Shown here: piece by piece, positions 27,945-36,970 of the stretch
Numbering within the stretch: position 1 is the stretch's first letter
Layout of the letters: each line of letters begins with the position of its first letter
From: Octopus vulgaris
Lineage: Eukaryota
Length of the DNA stretch: 64,000 nucleotides
Reading direction: 5' to 3'
Assembly: GCA_951406725.2 (NCBI GenBank)
Contig: OX597819.1
Location: 82,770,001 to 82,834,000, forward strand
The notes under the pieces: model-generated
Told to the model about the DNA's origin: nothing
The model's input: only the letters and a program-made list of their open reading frames with translations
Databases searched by the model: none
Made by a program: the position numbers and the translations under genes

Positions 27945-28029
27945 CAATGGATGCGGGCATATAACCTCTCTTCAAACAGGAGGTAGAAAGCTGTTATGAT
28001 AATATACACTGTCTGTGCTGGTATGTATG

Positions 28030-28075
<46 letters not shown>

Positions 28076-28779
28076 TACATACATACATAGCTACTAAATG
28101 CAATAAAAGAGATATGGATGACTTAAAACTGTCATTCTGTGATAGAAAGTGTCAATACCAGTGAGAAAGATATCACTCATATCATCAATACCTTCCCCAA
28201 AATATCTGTAAAATACAATGTACCCATGAGGCATGGCATTGTTGCTAAAACTGTTTTTAATGTCCTGATAGTTGTACCAAAAACACACTACAACCATTGA
28301 GCATCTACACTTTTCAAAATTATGAATACTGGTAGAATATTCCTGTGAAATCAGCAACCCAGTACAAGCACAACAGGCTAGATATGGTTGCTATGGGAAA
28401 GGAAGCTGCAGTGAAGCACTGTTGTAGAGATCACCTGATAAGAGGATGAGTGATAGACACAGGGTGAGTGATGGATGTCAATAGAGGGTGATAAGAAAGA
28501 GAGTAATGTGAGACAGAGACAATGATGGCTAGTAATAAAGAAAGTGATTGTAGAGGAGATTGAATATGGGCAAATCTGATGCCATCCTTTGTTGTACAGC
28601 TGATGCAATACAGTGATAGAAGAGAGGGTGAATGACAACTGGGAGGGTAACAAAGAGAAGGATAGGGCAACAGATGATGAACCTACAATGCATCCCAACC
28701 TCAATCACTACTACACATTGTGTCTATTTTACCATACTTACTTGGGTGGGTATAACCTCTCCAACACTATGTGCCATTA

Positions 28780-29680
28780 ATCATCAGTTATTTGTATTTT
28801 CCTTCAAGCGTCATCCCAAGTCTTTCTAAGTTTCTCCCATTCTTCAGGTTCCACCCACATGAGAGCTCAGCACTTTTATAGAACTGACGTCTTCCGTATC
28901 TATCACATGCTTTTCCAGCACAATCTTCTCCCTTACCCATTACATCTAATTACTATATATCCATTGTCCCTCTCAACCCATTTTCCATTAGTGTTTGAGC
29001 ATACTAACATTACACATCCAGCACATTTGTTTCATTTCGTTTTAACTTTTACTGTCTCTCTGCATTCAAAGCTCACATCTTGCTACCAAGCAGCATCATA
29101 ACCCTCACACAAATACCATGATTTGTTCTTCCCTTTGATAAATGAACACAGCAGACTAGGTAGCAGAAGTTACAAGTTACATATAGGGAGCCTTCCAGAT
29201 ATTTGAAAGTATTTATTTGATGTGTTTTCTTCCTACCGACTTCTGTGCACAGACCATGTATGAAGGCTACCTTGAAGAAGGTAGCCTTCATACATTTGCC
29301 CATGATCTGACAACAGCTCCTGTATCTTCATAGTTTACTCTAAGTACGCCATAAGAAATATTATTCTATAATAATATTATATTCAACTCCTTTTCTGAAT
29401 ATCATGTACATCTATTTCTCTGGTATCTGTGGGGTTCTGATTCCTTTCTTTCCAACTAAAACTTTAGTTTTTGCTAAATTTATTTAGAGGTCTTTTGATT
29501 CTAGATTTTGCTTCCTTATTTTCTCTGGAATTTCTCCTGTAATTTTAATACAGATTCAGCAATAAGAACTAGATTGTCAGTATACAGGAGTTCGCTTGGA
29601 CAACTGGTCTTAAACTTCTGTAATACTCTGAAAGATTATAATAAGCTGAAGGGAGCAGAAAACTGAGCCTCACTCAGTTT
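28780..29680 (-). mobile_element. Decayed RTE-clade LINE, 3' part of the reverse transcriptase ORF
   Basis: Minus-strand remnants: GSV..., FKTSCPSELLYTDNLVLIAESVLKLQEKFQ (YADD-like motif), KQNLESKDL*INLAKTKVLVG, CVRVMMLLGSKM*ALNAE and RKTWD. These are typical of the RTE RT and C-terminus. Confidence 0.85.
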
Positions 29681-29984
29681 CATGCCCATGTGTGTTTGAA
29701 TTTACGAGCAGGAAAAAATGCATTCAAACTATATTGTAGAGCTTGTTCGTATCTTTGAAGTTGAGAATTATTTCCCTCATTACACTGGATTATATGCAAT
29801 TATAAGCTAAGTTTGAATATGATAAAATCTCAGTATTTTTATGTAGTACTCAGTATGAATTCCTGGTTATATGCATTTATATATATATATAAATAAATTA
29901 CAAATGAAGGACAGGTATTGATGCATTACAGCTGCTTCTAACAACTCCTTCAATTGATTAATGAGGACATTATATTATTATATC

Positions 29985-30185
29985 ATTAAGCGACAAGCTG
30001 GCAGAAACGTTAACTGCTACATTCTAGTCCAAATTCCGCCGAGGTCGGCTTTGCCTTTCATTCTTTCGGGGTTGATTAAATAAGTACCAGTTCCGCACTG
30101 GGGTCGATATAATCAACTTAATCCGTTTGTCTGTCCTTGTTTGTTCCCTCTATGTGTAGCCCCTTGTGGGCAGTAAAGAAATAAA
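29985..30185 (+). mobile_element. tRNA-SINE (second family), relatively young
   Basis: aagctggcagaaacgtta...aaattccgccgaggtcggctttgcctttcattctttcggggttgattaaataagtaccag, with CpGs retained. Confidence 0.8.
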
Positions 30186-30844
30186 TGAGAACATTATATC
30201 AATTCCAAAGAAACTGTTCTCTTCAGATGGATACTTTACAATGAAGGACATTCCAAATAATTTAACATAGTATAAAATTTTTTTTAAATCCCAAAGCCAA
30301 CATTTCCAACATTCGGCTGCTATTTCAGTTGACACAACACCCACCCCCATATATATATATATATATATATTCATATATATGCATATATTTGTTTGTTTGT
30401 TTGTATGCATGTATGTATGTGTGTATGTATGTAGGTAGGTAGGTCGGTTGTAAAGCATGAAAATTACACCTAAAACTATTTATTTTTCAAGTACTTGATT
30501 AATAAGTTTACTTATGTCACTTGAGAAAATCCTTAGAGCTCACATAAAAAGTAACCAGCAGTACTGGCTGTAGAAAGTTTTATTGGATTTGGTACTACCT
30601 GTTCTTTAAATTACAAAAGCAGTATATGATTAACACAAGATAAAGTAGAAAAAACATAGCTACAAAGAAATAACATTTCCACATAATGAAAAACTTATAT
30701 GACCTAAAAGACAAGCATTTTTTTTCATAATCAGCAAATTTTACTTTTAAATAATTTCATAAGCTGTCACTCAATATCTAAATCACACTGGACCTATTCC
30801 CCAAGATACTGAACATTTAGGATGTGTTTTTTACAGTTCATTTT

Positions 30845-31005
30845 TGAATGGGTGCAAGTAGAGTTATGAAGTGTGCAACCATGTGATTTTGGGTTCAGTC
30901 CCACCACATGACATCTTGGACAAGTGTCTTCTACTATAGCTCCAAGTCAACCAATGCTTTGCAAGGGAATTTGGTGGGCATAAAATATGTGAAAGCCCTT
31001 TGTAC
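30845..31005 (+). mobile_element. 5' part of a CORE-like SINE
   Basis: gggttcagtccca...cttggacaagtgtcttctactatagc. Confidence 0.7.
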
Positions 31006-31282
31006 TTATGTGTAGTGGGCGTGCACATATAAATACATACTCACACACGCACATACATATACATATATACATATGTATGTATATTATTAATAAAATACAA
31101 TATTATATTCTCATAATTCACCTTGCCAATCGGTTTCATACAAAGTTTGTGATAAACCCATCAATCATCAAGAAAAGAATAGTTTAATCCTTTTAGCATT
31201 TCCTGAGGATTACTGGGGTTACCTCAATGCTTGAATTAAACTTTTTGGTAAAGTAGCATATATGAGAATATTGTACTGTATT

Positions 31283-31537
31283 AACAACAACAACAACAAT
31301 AATAATAATAATAATAATAATAATCCTTTCTACTGTAGGCTCAAGGCCTGAAATTTGGGGTAGGAGAACAGTTGATTACATTAACCCCTGTGCTCAACTG
31401 GTACTTATTTTATCAACCCCGAAAGGATGAAAGGCAAAGTCAACCATGGCAGAATTTGAATTCAGAATGTAATGATGTATGAAATGCCACGAAGCATTTC
31501 GCCTAGCATGCTAACAATTCTGCCAGTTCACTGCCTT
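31283..31537 (-). mobile_element. Full-length tRNA-SINE (second family) with (ATT/GTT)n tail
   Basis: Head aaggcagtgaactggcagaattgttagc, B-box gaattcaaattctgcc, core gactttgcctttcatcctttcggggttgataaaataagtaccag, and a microsatellite tail at 31283-31323. Confidence 0.85.
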
Positions 31538-31548
31538 TAAAGTGTGAG

Positions 31549-31666
31549 ATGCTTCCAGCACCTGGGTTTCCCAAGTGGTCACCCATCAAAGTACTAACTA
31601 GGCTCAATATTGCTTAACTTCAGTGATTGGATGAAAACTGTTGTATTCAACGATATGGCCATTGAT
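31549..31666 (-). pseudogene. 5S rRNA-derived copy (pseudogene or SINE 5' module)
   Basis: The minus strand aligns end to end with eukaryotic 5S rRNA: ..ATGGCCATA..TTGAA..GAAGTTAAGCA..GCCTAGTTAGTACTTTGATGGGTGACCACTTGGGAAACCCAGGTGCTGGAAGC. It carries many substitutions, including CpG-type transitions, and has no oligo-T terminator directly after it. Confidence 0.88.
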
Positions 31667-31734
31667 GTATCCGCCTCTAATGAGAATCCAATAATAATAA
31701 TGCGTGTGTGTGTGTGTGTGTGTGTGCGGGCATG

Positions 31735-31915
31735 TAAGTACGTGTGTCCTTATGATTGTGTTTGCCCATCCATCACTTGACAACCGGTATTTTTGTGTTT
31801 ATGTTCCTACAAGAGTCCAATAGAATAAGTAGTTAAATTTAAAATAAGTATTGGAGTTGATTTGTTTTATTTGCTCTACAAGCATGGCCAGAGTTCAATG
31901 GCTGCATCAAGTTAA
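31735..31915 (+). mobile_element. 3' half of a CORE-like SINE
   Basis: ccatcacttgacaaccgg...aatagaataagta...gcatggcc matches 35950-36110. Confidence 0.65.
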
Positions 31916-32279
31916 AGTGTAAAAGGGTATCTCCTGTTTGTATCTTGATAAATCAACATATTTGTTCCCAAATTTCCATGATACATAATAGAACCAATAG
32001 TTTTGTTACACTTCTTTGTGATTTATATATTTCAGTATATAAAGGTATATTTCGTGTTTCATGCATACTCACATGCTTAAAAACATATTTTCTCATGCTC
32101 TATTACATTTCAAATAACAGTATGTGTATATATATATATAATATAATATAATATATATAATATGATATAATATAATATATATATGTACACACACACATAC
32201 AGCGTGTTTATATAATCAATATACACAAGCAAATATATAGAAATATGTGCATATATATACACACACAGAGAAAGACAGA

Positions 32280-32316
32280 GACAGAGAGAGACAGACAGGC
32301 AGACAGACAGACAGAC

Positions 32317-32407
<91 letters not shown>

Positions 32408-32425
32408 CAGAGAGACAGAAAGACA
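32280..32425. repeat. (GACA)n-(GATA)n microsatellite
   Basis: Read directly from the sequence. Confidence 0.95.
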
Positions 32426-32639
32426 GATTCACATATGCACACACAGTGGAAAGTAAAGAATGTTCTTTTCACTTTATTTTGCTTTCTATTCAATTATTTT
32501 CTTAGCTGTAAATATTGAATTATGTATTTATGTATTCTATGTTGCATAGAAGTAACAAACATGACTTCATTACTCACACACACACGCTCATACTTCCATG
32601 TGTGTATATATATATATATATATAATTTTTTTGCGTAAT

Positions 32640-33035
32640 GAGAAAAAAAACCAAGGCTGTGTAGATATTAGAACATTTATAGTTAGAAGGTCTTACAGCT
32701 GTTTCCAGGATATTTATTCATTATATCCCTTCATCGGAGACAGTGTGAGAGGATGGTTAAGTAATAGTTAATTTAGATAGGATACAAAATAGAGAGTGAG
32801 GTGGAGGAAAGAAAATAGATGTAAGATATGTAGGGATATTGAAGTTATAGATCCATTTTTTAGGCAGAATGGTATATATGTAAGATTCCCATAATTTATG
32901 AGTGAAATCCAACAGAATTTAAAATGGGTCCTTCCAAATATAGAGTTTATAGACAATGTAAGATTCTAATACATTATGAGTGAGATCCAGCAGTATTTAA
33001 ACTTGGTCATTCCAAGTACAGAATTTATAAATTCT
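32640..33035 (-). mobile_element. Penelope-like element 3' fragment between TA/TG tracts
   Basis: Carries a hammerhead motif at 32690-32741. A duplicated segment of about 78 bp (about 32878-32951 and 32956-33029) translates on the minus strand as ..HKLWESYIY.., weakly reminiscent of a GIY-YIG C-terminus. Confidence 0.55.
32690..32741 (-). ncRNA. Minimal hammerhead ribozyme-like motif with palindromic stem III
   Basis: GTCT CCGATGA A GGGATAT aatgaataa ATATCCT G GAAA CAGCTG TA AGAC. Stem I is GTCT/AGAC, stem II is GGGATAT/ATATCCT, ACAGCTGT is self-complementary, and the cleavage triplet is GUA. The core has a U4-to-C change. Confidence 0.65.
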
Positions 33036-33060
33036 GTGTGTGGTGTGTGCTTATGAACAA

Positions 33061-33103
<43 letters not shown>

Positions 33104-34110
33104 TACATACATACATACATACACCCGTCCTCAAGCACATATATATTAATGCATGCTGGACCCATGAAGGAAACTCTGTATGTTATTCAATTTGCATTAT
33201 GTTTTTTTAAATCCCTGCAATATGAACTTTATTAAAAAAAAAAGACGACATTTTCAATAATGTAATTTTACATATACTATGGAAAGAAAATGACTAGATG
33301 GCAACAAATTGAACATAAAATTAGTTCTGCATTCTATGCCTTCTTACTACTATTATATGTACATCCATACATATGTATCAAGCACTTGTGTCATAAATAC
33401 AGTCAACAGATGCTTTATATCCAAGGCTATCCATCAATGAAAGGATATTCATTTGCAATTATTTTCTAAAGCAATGTATCTCTAGCTTACTGCTAAGTAA
33501 CTTGTGACATAGAATTAAGCGCACTTTCCTGTTGCAATGCACTGCAATGGTTTTAAACTGTCAATGTTCAATAGTCAAATACCTCATCTTGTTTCCACAG
33601 TATACATGAATATATTTCCTGAGGAAATGCAACTTTGATGTTACTGAGATCAAGTATTACAAAAACTGAAAGGAATGATTAGATGGGAAATAATATATAT
33701 ATTTATGTACTATGTATGCATTGTGAGTGTGTGTGTATGTGTGTGAGTATTTATCAATTACAGGCTAATATTTTAACTGCATAAATATAAAAAACAATAT
33801 ACATTAAAGATGGGTTCTGGGACACTAGTAAGCAGTTGGGACCTGAGTGTCTGATAAATTACCTGAAAAACAAATGTGAAATTTATCAAGATAGAATTTA
33901 CATTTCATACCAGGAAAATTATTACAGAAAGAGAAAGTGAAAGTGATAGAGAGAAGGGATAGCAAGATAGAGAGAGAGATAGCAGTTACTCTGTAGAGAA
34001 CTTGGTAATACAATAACTCAGATTATGAAAGATATGAGGTTTGAATAACGTTGTAGGGTCTATTCCTTTTCTAAGCACTGATCTAGTACAGTTAAAGCTG
34101 ATTATATATA

Positions 34111-34331
34111 TATGAGGGGGTGCTGAAAGGTGCTTGGCTTTAAGGGTATTGCAGAAGGCCTGGCTGGAGGCCCGACCTTCCAGGATCTTTTATAGGGCTT
34201 GGTAAGGCTGAAGGACTGCTGCAATAAGTGTGCAAATCTGACTGTAGAATATGTAGAATAAAATCATAATTAAACTGATCCTCCGGCACATTCTTTTACC
34301 CAAAGCCTGGAACTCTTCAGCATCCCCTCAT

Positions 34332-34332
<1 letters not shown>
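34111..34332 (+). mobile_element. Mariner-derived MITE / internal deletion derivative
   Basis: TIRs TATGAGGGGGTGCTGAAAGGTGCTTGGCTTT and AAAGCCTGGAACTCTTCAGCATCCCCTCAT. The internal KDCCNKCANLTVEYVE* resembles the mariner transposase C-terminus. Confidence 0.8.
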
Positions 34333-34363
<31 letters not shown>

Positions 34364-34639
34364 TTACTCTCTGCCAAACAACCTCAGAGATTTGCAAGAT
34401 GTAGTCTTCCAAGAGCATCTACACAAACACCTGAAATATCAAGATGAAGCCACACCATGGTAGGAGGCTCAAAGAAGAGCAGCTCTATTCAACTTGGTGC
34501 TTCACCAAAAACAATACAGAAACGAAACCCAAACACTGGAAGACAGTGCTTCAGCATAGCCTGAGCCCTTGGCTGAAACCAGTGAAAGATAAAAGATAAA
34601 ATGATACATATATATTTTGTATAAGTATGTATACATATA

Positions 34640-35037
34640 TAAGTGTATGTATATATCTATATATCACGTGATCGACCAGACCATCAGATGTTGTTACACA
34701 TCGCTGGTCACAATGCGTTCGCATTGTTTTAGCCTTCGAATGACGTCACCCTGCTGGCTAAGCGAGCAGGCCAATATCTATCTATATATATATATATATA
34801 TATAGATAGATAGATAGATAGATAGATCATTTGTAAGTGTATGTATATATCTATATATCACGTGATCGACCAGACCATCAGATGTTGTTACACATCGCTG
34901 GTCACAATGCGTTCGCATTGTTTTAGCCTTCGAATGACGTCACCCTGCTGGCTAAGCGAGCAGGCCAATATCTATCTATATATATATATATATATATATA
35001 TATAGATAGATAGATAGATAGATAGATAGATCATTTG
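34640..35037. repeat. Direct tandem duplication of an ~200-bp unit
   Basis: Units 34640-34833 and 34834-35037 appear identical except for (TA)/(GATA) repeat counts. Confidence 0.9.
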
Positions 35038-35086
35038 TAAAAAACATAAATCCAAAAGAAGAAGCACACTTTAAGATGTAGAGCAG

Positions 35087-35197
35087 TATATATTAAAAAT
35101 GGGGAAGGCCACTTTATGGGATTACCTTAGGTTCCCCCTTTAAGGATGGGAAACCTAAGGTAATCCCATAAACCAGCCTTTCCCATTTTTAATATAT
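35087..35197. repeat. ~110-bp hairpin / inverted repeat
   Basis: tttatgggattaccttaggtt pairs with aacctaaggtaatcccataaa, and the outer tatatattaaaaatggg pairs with cccatttttaatatata. Confidence 0.9.
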
Positions 35198-35377
35198 ATA
35201 TATGTTTATAGTGCAAACAGAGTTAGTGGTTATAATAACCAACTTAGGGATAAAATATCCATATGTACTATCAGTATCTGTTACTCGTGTTATCCCCAGG
35301 CATTGGTGTGCAGGCACACTATGCACGTAGAGTGCAGGTAACAACAGGATAAACAAGAGTTTATCAGGAAACAAATA

Positions 35378-35756
35378 CAAATAATCAGAAAATAGAGAAA
35401 ACCTCAGATTAACAAACACATCAGATGGACCACATTTATAGCTTAATTTTTAATACAAATCATGACATAACAAATAGGTGATGTAACAGACCTTATGGCC
35501 ATTTCCACATCCATAGCCAAACACTGTCTATAAATAATTGCGAAAATAAAATTCTTTTATTCTCGCAATTATTTCTAGATAGCATTTGGCTTTACGCAAT
35601 TATTTATAGACAGCATTTGGCTACAAATGAAACAGCTGTAAGATTTGTTATGTCATCTATTCACTATGTTATGCTTTGAATTAAAAAATAAACTATAAGT
35701 GTGGTCCAGTCAATGTGTTTGTTAATCTGAGTTTTTTCTTTGTTTTCTAATTATTT
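35378..35756. repeat. ~380-bp imperfect inverted repeat
   Basis: ctcagattaacaaacacat pairs with atgtgtttgttaatctgag, and tggaccaca.ttatag with ctataagtgtggtcca. The centre is aataattgcgaaaataaaa-ttc-ttttattctcgcaattatt. The right arm contains GAAACAGCTGTAAGA. Confidence 0.85.
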
Positions 35757-35779
35757 ATATATATTTATATACATATAGA

Positions 35780-36135
35780 CACATGTGTGGCTGTGTGGTA
35801 AGAAGTTCAGTCTCACTGCGTGGCACCTTGGGCAAGTGTCTTCTACTATAGTTTCAGGCTGACCAAAGCTTTGTGAGTAGATTCGGTAGATGGAAACTGA
35901 AAGAAGCCTGTCATATATATGTATATGTTTGTGTGTCTGTGTTTGTCACCCCCACCATCACTTGACAACCAATTTTGGTGTGCTTACAACCCCCATGACT
36001 TAGTGGTTCAGCAAAAGAGATCAATAGAATAAGTACTAGGCTTCCAAAGAATAAGTTCTGAGGTCACTTTCTTTATCTAAGGGCAGTGCTGCTGCATGGC
36101 CACAGTCAAATGACTGAGACAAGTAAAAGAATAAA
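35780..36135 (+). mobile_element. CORE-like tRNA-SINE, near full length
   Basis: gtggctgtgtggtaagaag...ggcaccttgggcaagtgtcttctactatag...aatagaataagtactagg...gcatggccacagtcaaatgactga. Confidence 0.8.
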
Positions 36136-36174
36136 AGAAAAATATGAATATATATATATGGATCTATATGCATG

Positions 36175-36217
<43 letters not shown>

Positions 36218-36599
36218 AAGGTACACTATGTTTAAATGGTTCAGAAGCTTGCTTTACTATCATAAGGACTGACGTTTCATCTCACAGTATGAGATCTTGA
36301 GGCTTGTGAGTGAATTGAGCCGATGGAAACTGTGCAGAAGCCCATCAAATGAATTTAAATTGTAATCCAAAGGTCCGAGTTTGTCACACCACCATGCTGT
36401 TTCATACTGATTCTATCTGAAAATTACATGAACGTTTTCTATGTTGGTGGAACATTCGGTTTCTTAGTTGTTAATTCAATGAATCAATGATCATCTATTA
36501 TATTAGATTGACCAACTGCATACTCTACTACAGGATTTCCATTTATTTCATATATATATAAATATATATATGTACACACACACACACACACACACACAC

Positions 36600-36970
36600 T
36601 GCATAGCTGTATGGTCAAGAATCTCACTTTGGCACTATATAGCTTTGGATTTAACTCTACTGTATGGTACATTATGCATATGTCTTCTGTTATAGGCCTT
36701 GTGGGTGAATTTGTGTGATGAAATTGTGTGGAAATCCAGTAGATGTGTGTGTATGTATGCATGTCTGTGTGTGTGTTTGTGCCAATATTAGTCCCACCAC
36801 CACTTGGAAATTGGTGTTGGTCTGTTTATGTCCCTATAACTTAACAGTTTCACATAAGAGTCTGATAGAATAAATACTAGAATTATAAATAAGTTTGTTC
36901 AACTAAAAAGAAATCTTCAATGTGGTTTCCCAGTATAGCAGTTGTCCATTGACTGAAACAAGTTAAAGAT
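36600..36970 (+). mobile_element. Older CORE-like tRNA-SINE copy
   Basis: Same motif order as 35780-36135, more diverged. Confidence 0.7.

Noticed and set aside
31549-31666. Functional 5S rRNA gene
   Set aside because: Single copy with many substitutions, a short deletion near the 5' end and no proper oligo-T terminator.
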